64,000 bases of DNA from Hyphomicrobiales bacterium (GCA_038211615.1 JBBQVL010000002.1:1289-65288); one strand, 5' to 3'. Shown: positions 17,500 to 27,723, numbered from the stretch's first letter. Made by a program: numbers and translations. The notes: generated by a model from the sequence alone, not told the origin.

Positions 17500-18453
17500 T
17501 CAACCGGCCGACGCGGCGCGTTTGTCGAGTTCCTTTTCCAGTTCCGGCAAAGCCTGGAAGAGGTCGGCCACGAGGCCGTAATCGGCGACCTGGAAGATCG
17601 GCGCCTCGGCATCCTTGTTGATGGCGACGATCACCTTGGAATCCTTCATGCCGGCCAGATGCTGGATGGCGCCGGAAATCCCGCAGGCGATATAGAGGTC
17701 GGGCGCCACGATCTTTCCGGTCTGGCCGACCTGCCAGTCGTTCGGCGCATAGCCCGCGTCGACGGCGGCGCGGCTCGCGCCGACCGCCGCGCCGAGCTTG
17801 TCGGCGACCGGCAGGATCACTTCGAGGAATTTTTCCTTCGAGCCGAGCGCCCGCCCGCCCGAGATGATGATCTTCGCGCCCGCGAGCTCGGGCCGCTCGG
17901 TCTTCGCGACGCTTTCGCCCTCGAAGGAGGAGAGCGCCGGATCGGTGGCGGCGGCAATGCTTTCCACCGCGGCCGAGCCGGTGGCTTCAGCAGCGGGGAA
18001 GGAGGCGGTGCGGACGGTGATGACCTTCTTCGCGTCCTTCGACCTCACCGTCTGGATGGCGTTGCCGGCATAGGTCGGTCGGCGGAACGTGTCGGGGCCG
18101 AGCACCTCGATCACGTCGGAGACCTGCATCACGTCGAGCAGGGCCGCGGCGCGCGGCATCACATTCTTGCCGGCGGCCGTGGTCGGCGCGAGGAGCGCGT
18201 CGTAGGACCCGGCAAGCGATACGATGAGCGCGGCAAGCGGCTCGGCGAGTCCATGCTCGAGCGCATCGGATTCGGCCAGCAGCACCTTCGTCACGCCGGC
18301 GAGCTTCGCGGCTTCGCCCGCGACGGCCGCCGCACCCTTGCCGGCGACCAGCACATGCACGTCGCCGCCGAGCTTCAGCGCCGCCGCGACGGTCTTCGCG
18401 GTCGCCTCGTTCATGTGGGAATTGTCGTGCTCGGCGAGAACGAGAGACGTCAT
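17500..18453 (-). CDS. etfA: Electron transfer flavoprotein alpha subunit
   Basis: FAD-binding C-terminal motif [19 protein letters not shown]. Downstream of etfB. Confidence 0.95.
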   Translation of the reverse strand: MTSLVLAEHDNSHMNEATAKTVAAALKLGGDVHVLVAGKGAAAVAGEAAKLAGVTKVLLAESDALEHGLAEPLAALIVSLAGSYDALLAPTTAAGKNVMPRAAALLDVMQVSDVIEVLGPDTFRRPTYAGNAIQTVRSKDAKKVITVRTASFPAAEATGSAAVESIAAATDPALSSFEGESVAKTERPELAGAKIIISGGRALGSKEKFLEVILPVADKLGAAVGASRAAVDAGYAPNDWQVGQTGKIVAPDLYIACGISGAIQHLAGMKDSKVIVAINKDAEAPIFQVADYGLVADLFQALPELEKELDKRAASAG

Positions 18454-18489
18454 GCGCAACTCCAGAATCTGCAGCGGTCACACTCCTCT

Positions 18490-18590
18490 GTCGTCATTGC
18501 CGGGCTTGACCCGGCAATCCATTCGGTAACGGTCGAGAGGGTCACCGGCGTTACGGAATGGATCCCATGGTCAAGCCATGGGATGACGAC
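18490..18590. repeat. Structured intergenic repeat, family B (~100 bp composite palindrome)
   Basis: Arms GTCGTCATTGCCGGGCTTGACCCGGCAATCCATTCGGTAACG and CGTTACGGAATGGATCCCATGGTCAAGCCATGGGATGACGAC; each arm also contains its own hairpin. Confidence 0.8.
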
Positions 18591-18626
18591 AGTGGTGGTA
18601 TCGACGTTGGGCAAGAGCGTTGTTCC

Positions 18627-19379
18627 TTAAAGCAGCACGCCGGCTTCGGTCTTCAGCTTGTCGAGAAGCTCCGCGACGGAGGCGACCTTCACGCCGGCCT
18701 GCCGCTTCGGCGGCTCGCGCGTCTCGACGATCTCCAGACGCGGCGTGGCGTCGACGCCGAAATCGGCGGCCGTCTTCGTCTCGATCGGCTTCTTTTTCGC
18801 CTTCATGATGTTGGGGAGCGAAGCGTAGCGCGGCTGGTTCAGCCGAAGATCGGTGGTGACGATCGCCGGCGTCTTCAGCGTCAACGTCTGCAGGCCGCCA
18901 TCGACCTCGCGCGTCACCTTGAGCGAGCCGTCGCCGAGCTCAAGCTTCGAGGCAAAGGTGCCCTGCGCCCAGCCGAGGAGCGCTGCGAGCATCTGGCCGG
19001 TCTGGTTGGAATCGTCGTCGATCGCCTGCTTGCCGAGGATGACGATCCCCGGCTGCTCCGCCTCGACCACCCCCTTCAGGAGCTTTGCCACGGCGAGCGG
19101 CTCGACGATGCCGTCGACCTGCACCAGGATGCCGCGGTCGGCGCCCATGGCGAGGCCGGTGCGGATCGTGTCCTGCGCCTGCGCCGGGCCGATCGAAACG
19201 AGCACCACCTCGGTCGCCTTGCCGGCTTCCCTCAGGCGGAGCGCCTCCTCGACCGCGATCTCGTCGAAGGGATTCATCGCCATCTTGGTGTTGGCGAGAT
19301 CGACGCCGGAGCCGTCGGGCTTCACCCGCGGCTTGACGTTCGCGTCGATCACCCGCTTGACCGCGACGAGCACCTTCAT
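18627..19379 (-). CDS. etfB: Electron transfer flavoprotein beta subunit
   Basis: [12 protein letters not shown] start; typical 250-aa EtfB. Confidence 0.95.
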   Translation of the reverse strand: MKVLVAVKRVIDANVKPRVKPDGSGVDLANTKMAMNPFDEIAVEEALRLREAGKATEVVLVSIGPAQAQDTIRTGLAMGADRGILVQVDGIVEPLAVAKLLKGVVEAEQPGIVILGKQAIDDDSNQTGQMLAALLGWAQGTFASKLELGDGSLKVTREVDGGLQTLTLKTPAIVTTDLRLNQPRYASLPNIMKAKKKPIETKTAADFGVDATPRLEIVETREPPKRQAGVKVASVAELLDKLKTEAGVLL

Positions 19380-19603
19380 TCCCGTTCCTCTCCGGACTAC
19401 CGGCGAAGGTGCTAGACGGGCGGGGAGGGCTTATCAAGCCGAGGCGCCGCATTTCGATGCCGGTGCGCGACGCGCGAGGAACTTTCCGGCAGCGCCACTA
19501 TACCGCAACCTTGCGCGCCTGCTGCGGCGCGCTGGGCGCATTCCGCGTCACAGTTCCATGCTAGATTGGAGGCGCTGGGGAAGAGCAAGAAGAGGAGGAA
19601 GAC

Positions 19604-19939
19604 ATGTTAAGAATGATTACGCGCGGACGCTTCACGCGGGACTACGCCAAGGGCCTGATCGCGGCGCCGGAAGACCGCGAGCCCGCCGTTCGCAAGCTCG
19701 TGGAGGCCGCCGGGGGCAAGCTCATCAACTTCTACTTCACGACGGGCGAGTCGGATTTCCTGATGATCGCCGAGACCGAGCAGGCTGAGTCGGTCATTGC
19801 GGGGATGATGGCGGCAGGGGCGGCCGGCATGATCACAGATGCGAGCACCGCGCGCGCATGGACCGGCGCCGAATTCAAGGGGATCGCCGAGAAGGCGGGC
19901 AAGGCGGCTTCCGCCTACAAGGCCACCGGCGCGAGCTGA
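19604..19939 (+). CDS. GYD-domain protein
   Basis: About 100 aa, including ...GGKLINFYFTTGESDFLMIAE... (GYD-family pattern). Start may be 19613. Confidence 0.7.
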   Translation: MLRMITRGRFTRDYAKGLIAAPEDREPAVRKLVEAAGGKLINFYFTTGESDFLMIAETEQAESVIAGMMAAGAAGMITDASTARAWTGAEFKGIAEKAGKAASAYKATGAS

Positions 19940-20218
19940 TTGCGGGCGGTGGCGGGAAGCGAACCAAACGCTTCCCGGCCATCTTCGGAGGGCGAACGCG
20001 GCAGTCGTCTCTGTGCGCCGCGTCGCTCGACCTGATATTCCAAGGCCGGCTAGCCCGAGCGGCGGTCAGATCGAGCACCGGTCTGCGCGCCCCGAGGAGA
20101 TCGGATAAAGAAATATCGCGACGCGAATTGAATACGCGAAGAGAGGGCAGGCCGACTGCACGCCGCATCGGAGCGGAGGTGGCACGGGCCGGTAAAAGTC
20201 ACTCAAATGGGGGGAATC

Positions 20219-20845
20219 ATGTCGCTCAAACTCATCGGCGCGGGGGTTGGCAGGACGGGAACGCACTCGTTGAAACTCGCGATCAACCGCCTCGGGTTCG
20301 GCCCGTGCCACCACATGGAAGACGTGCTGATGAACAAGCCCGTCCAGGTTCCGCTCTGGGCTGCGGCGGTTGAAGGAAATCCGGACTGGTCAGCCATCTA
20401 CAGAGGTTGTGAAAGCGCGATTGACTGGCCGACCGCCGGGTTCTTTCGCGAACTGCACGCGGCCTATCCGTCGGCGAAGTTCGTGCTGACGCATCGAACC
20501 CCGGAAAGCTGGGCCGAAAGCTTTTCGGCGACCATCTACAAGCTGCTCCAAATGAAGGATCAGGTCCCGCCGGAAATGCGGGCCTGGCTCGACATGGGGA
20601 TTGCGGTCATCAGCAAGACCGGGTTCCCGGGCGGTCTCGACGTGCCCGCTCTGGAGCGCGCCTATGTCGCGCACAACGAGGCGGTCAAAGCCGCGATCCC
20701 GGTTGATCAGTTGCTGGTCTACCAGGTGACGGACGGCTGGGAGCCGCTCTGCGCTTTTCTTGGCGTGCCCGTGCCCCCCGACGAACCGTTCCCGCGCACC
20801 AACAGCCGGGTTGAATTCTGGGATCGCGTGACCGGCAAGAAGTGA
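20219..20845 (+). CDS. Sulfotransferase-family protein (Sulfotransfer_4-like)
   Basis: N-terminal GAGVGRTGTHSL P-loop-like motif and WPTAGFFRELHAAYPSAKFVLTHR. GGGGGG upstream of the ATG at 20219. Confidence 0.7.
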   Translation: MSLKLIGAGVGRTGTHSLKLAINRLGFGPCHHMEDVLMNKPVQVPLWAAAVEGNPDWSAIYRGCESAIDWPTAGFFRELHAAYPSAKFVLTHRTPESWAESFSATIYKLLQMKDQVPPEMRAWLDMGIAVISKTGFPGGLDVPALERAYVAHNEAVKAAIPVDQLLVYQVTDGWEPLCAFLGVPVPPDEPFPRTNSRVEFWDRVTGKK

Positions 20846-20945
20846 GGCCTGAATTCGAATTCAGGACGGCGCAAGGGAAAGACGAAATCCGCGGTTCTTC
20901 GCGGGCGGTCAGAACCCATCGCATTCGCGCTTCAATGTCATGAAG

Positions 20946-21458
20946 CTATTGCGCGCGTGTGAGGATGATATTCACGGTCATGGGGCAGCCGTCCTTACGG
21001 CTAAAGTGACCGGTGAGAGGCACCACACGCATTCTAACGGGCTGCTGCGCATCTGCCGCTATAGTCAAAAGCTTCGTTGTTCCCGTTTGCATAGGCGCGT
21101 CGGCGTTGGTCGTAAGCTCCAGCCCGCCCTGGTCGCGACCGGTGTCTATGCTGAAAGTCATGGAGCACTCCCATGGGCCGGACAAGGAGGCAGGGGCGTT
21201 CGCGGTGGTGATGGTGACATAGGCGAGCAGCTTGCCCAGCTCTTCCTCGCCCGAAGTCATCCGCATGCAATTGAAGGTTATTCCCGACGGAGCAGACGCA
21301 AAAGTTGCCGTTTGAACTTCGCAAACGTTGCACCTGGCGCCTGGGGTGGTTGGGTCCGTACACACCCCAAGCCAGCCGACGGCGAATGCGCTCCCCGAGA
21401 AAAACGTGGTGAGGGACAGGACGGTCAAGCCAAGCGCTGCGCGGCCAGGAAATGTCAT
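20946..21458 (-). CDS. Secreted Cys-containing hypothetical protein (170 aa)
   Basis: Signal peptide ending SAFA-VG and 7 Cys. G+C is lower than the neighbouring genes. No family recognised. Confidence 0.55.
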   Translation of the reverse strand: MTFPGRAALGLTVLSLTTFFSGSAFAVGWLGVCTDPTTPGARCNVCEVQTATFASAPSGITFNCMRMTSGEEELGKLLAYVTITTANAPASLSGPWECSMTFSIDTGRDQGGLELTTNADAPMQTGTTKLLTIAADAQQPVRMRVVPLTGHFSRKDGCPMTVNIILTRAQ

Positions 21459-21722
21459 GAAATCCCCCCGAATTCCACGGATGCAATCGCAGCTTGAGGC
21501 AAGGAGCGAGTGCTGGGTGTATTATAGATGCATGGTTGCAATTTGAAAAGACTCAGCCTTGCGGCCCGGCCAATTTCGCGCGCGCAGCGGTTAGCCCTTC
21601 ACCTCTCGACTGCCACCGCTACGAGAACGCGATGCGCGGGCTCGAGGCGTTTGACGGGTGTCGTGCAGCTCTTTCCCTGGGGAGAAATCGTCGACATCCG
21701 TGGCCTCGCGGGCCTGCGACGC

Positions 21723-22304
21723 TCAGCGATTTTTTCCCGGCACCCAGAGCACGTCGCCTTCGGCCTTCAGGTTCACGAAGCGGCTCGCGACAAAGAGGAA
21801 GTCGGAGAGGCGGTTCATGTAGAGGAGGGCCGGGCGGCCGACGCGGTCCGGCTCTTCGCGCGCGAGCCTGACCATCAGCCGCTCGGCGCGGCGGGAGATG
21901 GTTCGGGCGAGGTGAAGGGCGGCCGCGGCGCGACTGCCGCCGGGGAGCACGAAAGAGCGGAGCGGCGCAAGGTCGGCGTTCAAGGTGTCGATGTCGTGCT
22001 CGAGCCGCTCAACCTGCGCCGTCACGACGCGGAGCGGCTCGTAGCTCTTCGGCTTGCCGTCATCAGGGGTAGCAAGCTCGGCGCCGAGGTCGAAGAGATC
22101 GTTCTGGATCGCGGCGAGCATCTGATCCACGGCGGCGAGTTCGGGCGAAAGCTCGACCCGTGCCACGCCCACAGCGGCGTTCGTCTCGTCCACCGTGCCG
22201 TATGTCTCGATCCGCAGATCGTCCTTCGGCCGCCGCTCGCCGGTGCCGAGGCCGGTCGTGCCGTCGTCGCCGGTCTTCGTGTAGATCTTGTTCAGGATCA
22301 CCAT
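21723..22304 (-). CDS. pduO: PduO-type ATP:cob(I)alamin adenosyltransferase
   Basis: IYTKTGDDGTTGL N-terminal motif; about 190 aa. Confidence 0.9.
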   Translation of the reverse strand: MVILNKIYTKTGDDGTTGLGTGERRPKDDLRIETYGTVDETNAAVGVARVELSPELAAVDQMLAAIQNDLFDLGAELATPDDGKPKSYEPLRVVTAQVERLEHDIDTLNADLAPLRSFVLPGGSRAAAALHLARTISRRAERLMVRLAREEPDRVGRPALLYMNRLSDFLFVASRFVNLKAEGDVLWVPGKNR

Positions 22305-22345
22305 GCGGCCAGTCTATCCGGCCGGCCGCGGCGTCACGCAAGCCC

Positions 22346-22933
22346 TCAGAACCGGTAGCCGACGTAGACACCGGCGTGGGTGATGCCGCTGTTGCCGGCC
22401 TTGCCATCGTCGCAGAGCTTTGCATGCGACGAATGGTCGGCGGAGGCGAGGACGCGCCAGTGGTCGCTGAGGTCGACGCCGAGCGCCACGCTCTCGCGGA
22501 AGAGCCAATGGCAGCCGAGGTCGAGCCCGTCGCCCGGCGATTCCAGCGGCCCGTCGTGCCACGTCCCGCCGAAGCTCGCTTCGGCGAAGTAGCGGTTCAT
22601 GAAGGGGAAGTGCCAGGTGAGCCCGGCATAGACCTGGTTGATCGGGTCGCTGCCGGTCGCGAGGTTGCCGCCGACATGGATGCGCGGACGGAGCAGCGTG
22701 TTGGCCCAGTAATTCTGGAAGGGCGGCACGAAGGCCCGGGTGTAGAGCTGGCCGCTCAGGATGACGCCCGAATCGTCGCTCGGCTGCACCGGATAGACGC
22801 TGCCGAGCCGCACCTCGTCGAAAATGCCGAAGAGGCCCTGGCGGGACGAATTGTCGAATTGCTGTGCCGAGGCAGACGACGCGACGAGCGCCACGCCAAA
22901 CGCCAGCCCCAACGCACTTTCACGGATACGCAT
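22346..22933 (-). CDS. Outer-membrane acyloxyacyl hydrolase (PagL-like lipid A deacylase family)
   Basis: Signal peptide, beta-strand pattern, C-terminal ...DHSSHA...NSG...GYRF (His/Ser plus terminal aromatic). Confidence 0.65.
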   Translation of the reverse strand: MRIRESALGLAFGVALVASSASAQQFDNSSRQGLFGIFDEVRLGSVYPVQPSDDSGVILSGQLYTRAFVPPFQNYWANTLLRPRIHVGGNLATGSDPINQVYAGLTWHFPFMNRYFAEASFGGTWHDGPLESPGDGLDLGCHWLFRESVALGVDLSDHWRVLASADHSSHAKLCDDGKAGNSGITHAGVYVGYRF

Positions 22934-23043
22934 TGCACCCCCCGGCGGTCAGACGCCGCCTTTCGGCGATGCTAGTCCAAACGGGGCGGCCGGAGCACCC
23001 GCCCTTCAGGCGATCTTTGGCCGCTGTGACATCGCGGCCACGT

Positions 23044-23235
23044 TCAATGCGACTTCCACCAGAGCGCTGCCATGGCGACGACGATCGCGGCGAACTGGGC
23101 GATGACGCGGGCGCGCATCAAATTCTGCGAGCGGCTGGGCGAGCCGCCCCGCATCATGTTCCACAGCCCGAACACCAGGATGATGAGAACGACGCCGACG
23201 GCGATCGGCAGGACGAAATTGGCGAGACTGCTCAT
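23044..23235 (-). CDS. Twin-TM HIG1-domain small membrane protein
   Basis: 63 aa with two hydrophobic helices separated by the MMRGG..RSQ..MR motif. Confidence 0.75.
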   Translation of the reverse strand: MSSLANFVLPIAVGVVLIILVFGLWNMMRGGSPSRSQNLMRARVIAQFAAIVVAMAALWWKSH

Positions 23236-23299
23236 GCGGGACCCTTCGCTTCGCCTTACGTGAGACCTGCGGCAGGCCGGCGCAAGGCGGCTTTCCGTC

Positions 23300-24136
23300 T
23301 CAGCTTCCCTTGTTCGTCGCCCAGACGAGGAAGGCGTGCAGCTGGCGCTTCGACGCCACGCGTCTGACGAGGCTCATCCAGTAGGTAGGGCCGGTGACGA
23401 AATATTGCGGGCGCGGGTTGGCGCTCTCGCACGCCTTGACCAGCGCCGCGAGCACCGCCTCCGGCCCAAGCTCCCCCGTCGTGTTGCCACCCCGCTCCAT
23501 AGAACGCATGCGGCGGCGATAGGCCTTGGCGTGAACCGAGTTCTCGACATCGAGGTGCTTGCGCGCCATGGCGAGCGCGTTCGCGGTGAAGCGTGTGCGG
23601 ATCGGGCCGGGCTCGATTACCGAGACATGCAGGCCCGAACCCTCGAGCTCGATCCTGAGCGTGTCGGAGTAAGCTTCCAGCGCGAATTTCGAGGCGCTGT
23701 AGGGGCCGCGAAAACCCATGGTGATAATGCCGAGCACCGAGGAGCACATGACGATGCGCCCGTGGCCCTGGCTCCGCATGGTGGGGATGACGCGCCGCGT
23801 CAGCTCATGCCAGCCGAAGAAGTTCGCCTCGAACTGCGCGCGGAGGATATCGGTCGGGACATCCTCCAGCGCGCCGGGCTGGCCGTAGGCGCCGTTGTTG
23901 AAGAGCGCGTCGAGCGTGCCGCCGGTCGCGGTTAGAACGGTGGCGACCACCGCCTCGATCGAAGCCCTGTCCGTGTAATCGAGATAGAGCCCGGTCATTC
24001 CGGCGCGGTTCAACGCCTCGATGTCTTCCGGCTTCCGCGCCGTCGCGAAGACCTGCCAGCCGCGCGCCTGCATGCCGAGCGCGGCGCACGCTCCGATGCC
24101 GCTCGAGCAGCCGGTGATGAGGATCGATCGCGCCAT
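23300..24136 (-). CDS. SDR-family oxidoreductase
   Basis: TGCSSGIG cofactor motif, catalytic YSASK, NNG motif. Confidence 0.85.
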   Translation of the reverse strand: MARSILITGCSSGIGACAALGMQARGWQVFATARKPEDIEALNRAGMTGLYLDYTDRASIEAVVATVLTATGGTLDALFNNGAYGQPGALEDVPTDILRAQFEANFFGWHELTRRVIPTMRSQGHGRIVMCSSVLGIITMGFRGPYSASKFALEAYSDTLRIELEGSGLHVSVIEPGPIRTRFTANALAMARKHLDVENSVHAKAYRRRMRSMERGGNTTGELGPEAVLAALVKACESANPRPQYFVTGPTYWMSLVRRVASKRQLHAFLVWATNKGS

Positions 24137-24265
24137 GTCTTTCCGATGCCGAGCTCCGCGACCCGCGCGCTTCCGCCGGGCGGACCTCTATGGCAGAAAG
24201 TCCCTGGCCGAAAGCCCCCCGCCAGCAGAACGGACTCCGATATGCCAGGTCGGCCCTGGTGTTTG

Positions 24266-24316
24266 ACATCCGATCCTTCGAGGCTCGCCGCACGGGCTCG
24301 CACCTCAGGATGAGGG
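24266..24316. repeat. Family A repeat, partial copy in reverse orientation
   Basis: ACATCCGATCCTTCGAGGCTC ... CACCTCAGGATGAGGG is the reverse complement of the left third of the 438-577 element. Confidence 0.75.
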
Positions 24317-24344
24317 ACGTGGATTTGTGAGCAGGGAAAACTGA

Positions 24345-25307
24345 TTGTCCGAGACTTTCATCATCGTCGTTTCGATCTTCGGGCTGATCGGGCTCGGCTA
24401 TTTCACCGTGCGGATCGGCCTCCTCTCCTCCGCCGTCGGCGATCGGCTGACCGAGTTCGTGTTCACGCTGGCGATCCCGCTCCTGCTCTTCGACACGCTG
24501 GCGAAGGCGGATTTCCAGGGCGTGTCGCCGTGGCGGATCTGGGCGGCCTATTTCACCCCCTTCGCGATCGTCTGGGTCGTGGCGCACCTGATGATCGTGC
24601 GTGTCTTCGGGCGCGACGGGCGGGCGGGGATCGTGGGCGGCGGCTCGGCCGCCTATTCGAACGGCGTGCTGATCGGCGTGCCGCTGATGCAGGCGGCGCT
24701 CGGGCACCAAGGCACGGTGTTCCTGATCGTGATCGTCGCGATCCATCTGCCGATCATGATGCTGGTCAGCGTCTTCCTGAACGAGTGGATGAATGCGTCG
24801 GCGGACATCGCGCTTGGAACGGCGTCGCGCCGCGACCTGTTCGGGCGGCTCGGCTGGTCGCTGGTGAAGCATCCGATCCTGATCGGAATCGTCCTCGGCC
24901 TTCTGTGGCGGCTGACAGGGCTCGCGCTGCCCCGGATCGTCGCGGCTATCGTCGAGCCGCTGGCGAACTCGGCCGGATCGCTCGCCCTCTTCGCCTCCGG
25001 CATGGCGCTGGTGAATTACGGCATCGCGCGGCAGGTCTGGCCGGCGGCCGCGCTCGCCGTGCTGAAGCTCGCCCTGCTGCCGGTGCTGGTGTTTGCAGGC
25101 GCGCATGCTGTCGGGCTGCCCCCGATCGGGGTCGCGGCGCTGACCTTGACGGCGGCCTGCCCGACCGGCGTCAACGCCTACCTGATCGCGACCCGGCTCG
25201 GCACAGGCGAGGCGCTTGCCTCGAACACGGTGCTCATCTCCACCGCCGCCGGGGTGGCCACGACGACGTTGTGGCTCGCAGTGCTGCAGTGGACGCTCGC
25301 ACAATGA
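24345..25307 (+). CDS. AEC-family (auxin efflux carrier-like) transporter
   Basis: 320 aa with about 10 TM helices. TTG start. Confidence 0.8.
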   Translation: MSETFIIVVSIFGLIGLGYFTVRIGLLSSAVGDRLTEFVFTLAIPLLLFDTLAKADFQGVSPWRIWAAYFTPFAIVWVVAHLMIVRVFGRDGRAGIVGGGSAAYSNGVLIGVPLMQAALGHQGTVFLIVIVAIHLPIMMLVSVFLNEWMNASADIALGTASRRDLFGRLGWSLVKHPILIGIVLGLLWRLTGLALPRIVAAIVEPLANSAGSLALFASGMALVNYGIARQVWPAAALAVLKLALLPVLVFAGAHAVGLPPIGVAALTLTAACPTGVNAYLIATRLGTGEALASNTVLISTAAGVATTTLWLAVLQWTLAQ

Positions 25308-25337
25308 GACCGTGCGCGGCGTACTACAGCGCACAGC

Positions 25338-25481
25338 CCTCATCCTGAGGTGAGAGCCGCGGAGCGGCGAGCCTCGAAGGATCGGATGTGAGACGCGGCG
25401 GTCGTCCCGCGGTGCGCGCTGGAGCCCTCGTGGTTCGAGGCTCCCCCGGATCAGGTCCGGGGTCGCACCTCACCATGAGGG
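25338..25481. repeat. Structured intergenic repeat, family A, full copy
   Basis: Same termini as copy 438-577 (CCCTCATCCTGAGGTG ... CACCTCACCATGAGGG). The right end overlaps the last codons and stop of gluQ. Confidence 0.85.
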
Positions 25482-26390
25482 TGTAGTCGGCCGATCCTGC
25501 CCTACGCTGAGCCCAAGGCCCGCGATCAGCTCCTTCGGCGTCTCGCCGCGTTCACGCCGGGCGCGGATGCTTTCCGAGCCGCTCGACTTGGAGAGCTTCC
25601 TGCCGTCCGGGCCAAGGATCAGGCGGTGATGAAAATAGCGCGGTTCTGGCAATCCGAGCAGGGTCTGCAGCAGGCGGTGCAGCGAAGTCGCCGCCTCGAG
25701 GTCCCTGCCGCGCACGATGTCGGTCACGCCCTGGAAGGCGTCGTCGACGACGACCGCGAGGTGATAGCTGCCGCCCACCTCCTTGCGGGCGAGCACCACG
25801 TCGCCCCATCGCGCCGGGTCTGCAACGTGCGTGGCTTCCGGCTCGACGCCGAACGGATCGACGGACCGCCAGTAGAGCTCCGGAACGCCGGACATCGCGC
25901 GCGCCATGTCGAGGCGAAGCGCGTAGGGCTGGCCGCTCGCCATCTCCGCCTGCCGACGCGCGTTCGACCAGTCGCGCTCGTTGCCGGGGTAGAGGGGCGC
26001 GCCATCGGGATCGCGCGGCCATTCCTCCCCGGCCTCAGCGATCGCGGCGGCGATTGCGTTGCGGGTCATGAACGATGGGTAGAGGAGACCGAGCCGGTCG
26101 AGCCCGGCAAGCGCGTCGGCATAGGCGTCGAAGCGGTCGCGCTGGAAGAGGACGGGTGTCTCCCATGCAAGCCCGAGCCATGCGAGGTCGGCGAAGATCG
26201 CGGCCTCGAACTCTTCCCGTGCCCTGGTCGTGTCGACGTTCTCGATCCGCAGCAGGAAGCGCCCGCCGGTCGCCTGCGCCGCACGCTGGTTCAGGTGCGC
26301 CGACAAAGCGTGCCCGCGATGCAGGTAGCCGGTCGGACTTGGCGCGAAGCGGAAGATTCCCTGAATATCGTCGCTCTTCGCCGCGGGCAT
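25470..26390 (-). CDS. gluQ: Glutamyl-Q tRNA(Asp) synthetase
   Basis: RFAPSPTGYLHRGHA (HIGH-like) and KLSKS motifs; 306 aa with no anticodon-binding domain. Forms the C-terminal part of track ORF 25470..27227. Confidence 0.9.
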   Translation of the reverse strand: MPAAKSDDIQGIFRFAPSPTGYLHRGHALSAHLNQRAAQATGGRFLLRIENVDTTRAREEFEAAIFADLAWLGLAWETPVLFQRDRFDAYADALAGLDRLGLLYPSFMTRNAIAAAIAEAGEEWPRDPDGAPLYPGNERDWSNARRQAEMASGQPYALRLDMARAMSGVPELYWRSVDPFGVEPEATHVADPARWGDVVLARKEVGGSYHLAVVVDDAFQGVTDIVRGRDLEAATSLHRLLQTLLGLPEPRYFHHRLILGPDGRKLSKSSGSESIRARRERGETPKELIAGLGLSVGQDRPTTPSW

Positions 26391-26438
26391 GTTGCACTTC
26401 GCCGTCCCGGATGCGCCAATGGGCCGAGGGAGGATCGA

Positions 26439-27623
26439 ATGATCATCAGAAGCGATCCGGTCAATGCGTTCCTGGACTATGGCGATGCGGAGATCGCCTC
26501 CGCCGGCTCGGGTCCGCTTGGCGGCCTGAGCTTCGCGGTCAAGGACATCTTCGATGTCGCCGGCTACCCGACCGGCGGCGGCAGCCCGGTGATGCGCGCG
26601 GAAAGCCCGGTGAAGATGGTCAGCGCGCCTGTGGTGCAGGCGATGCTCGACGCCGGCGCCCGTTTCGTCGGCAAGACGCAGACCGACGAGCTGACCTTTT
26701 CGATGAATGGCCAGAACCGGCATTTCCCCGAGCCGGTCAATGTGCGCGCCAGCGGCCGCATCACCGGCGGCTCGTCGTCCGGGTCGGCGGCGGCCGTCGC
26801 CGCAAAGCTCTGCGACTTCGCGCTCGGCTCGGACACGGGCGGTTCGGTGCGCGCGCCGGCGAGCTATTGCGGCCTCTGGGGCATCCGCCCGACGCACGGG
26901 CGCGTCGACAATACGCGCGCCATGCCGCTCGCGCGGTCTTTCGACACCGCCGGCTATTTCGCCGACGACGCCGAAATCTTCGCGCGCGTCGCGCCGGTCT
27001 TCCTTGGCGAGGACGCAAAGCCCTTCGGCCTCACGAAGCTCTTCCGGGCGGAGGACGCCTTCGCCCGTCTTCTCTCGGAGCGGGAGGCGGCGGCGCTGAA
27101 GCCCATCGAGGCGAGGGTCGAGGCACTTCTCGGAGCGGCGACGCCGGTGACGGTGGCGCCGGACGGGCTGGAGCCCTGGTACTGGACTTTCCGGCATCTG
27201 CAGGCGGTCGAGGCGTGGGCCGCGCACGGCGGCTGGATCGAGTCGCGCAATCCTTCGATGACTCCGGGCGTGCGCGAGCGTTTCGAATACGGCAGGACGG
27301 TCACTCCCGAGGCGCGGCAGCAGGCGGAGGAGAACCGCGAGGCGGCGCGGGCGCGGGTCGAGTCGATCGTCGGCGACGACGGCGTGCTGATGCTGCCGAC
27401 CGTGCCGTCGATCGCGCCGCGCAGGGACCTCGCCGGCGAGGCGCTGCAGGCCTATCGCGAGCGGGCGCTCTCCATCCTCTGCATCTCAGGCCTTGCCGGC
27501 CTGCCGCAGGTCTCGATGCCGCTCGCCACGATGGACGGCGCGCCGCTTGGCCTTTCGCTCATCGGCCCGCGCGGCGCGGACCGGGCGCTCGTCGCGCTGG
27601 CGGTATCGCTCGCCAAATCCTGA
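26439..27623 (+). CDS. Amidase-signature family amidase
   Basis: GGSSSGSAAAV and GSDTGGSVRAPA motifs. The ATG at 26439 is preceded by GAGGGAGGA. Confidence 0.85.
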   Translation: MIIRSDPVNAFLDYGDAEIASAGSGPLGGLSFAVKDIFDVAGYPTGGGSPVMRAESPVKMVSAPVVQAMLDAGARFVGKTQTDELTFSMNGQNRHFPEPVNVRASGRITGGSSSGSAAAVAAKLCDFALGSDTGGSVRAPASYCGLWGIRPTHGRVDNTRAMPLARSFDTAGYFADDAEIFARVAPVFLGEDAKPFGLTKLFRAEDAFARLLSEREAAALKPIEARVEALLGAATPVTVAPDGLEPWYWTFRHLQAVEAWAAHGGWIESRNPSMTPGVRERFEYGRTVTPEARQQAEENREAARARVESIVGDDGVLMLPTVPSIAPRRDLAGEALQAYRERALSILCISGLAGLPQVSMPLATMDGAPLGLSLIGPRGADRALVALAVSLAKS

Positions 27624-27723
27624 GCCGCATCCCGAGCCGCCGCAGCGATTCCTACCGAAGATTCATTTGGAGGCGATGCCGCGACAGGCAATGAATGCGC
27701 CCGCTTTCTGATCGGGGCATTCG

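Noticed and set aside
23805-25343. 512-aa minus-strand ORF
   Set aside because: It is antisense to the AEC transporter and runs through a family A repeat. Arg/Asp/His-rich nonsense composition.
26391-27227. N-terminal 279 aa of the 585-aa track ORF containing gluQ
   Set aside because: GluQRS homology begins at MPAAKSDD (ATG 26390). The upstream part is antisense to the amidase gene.
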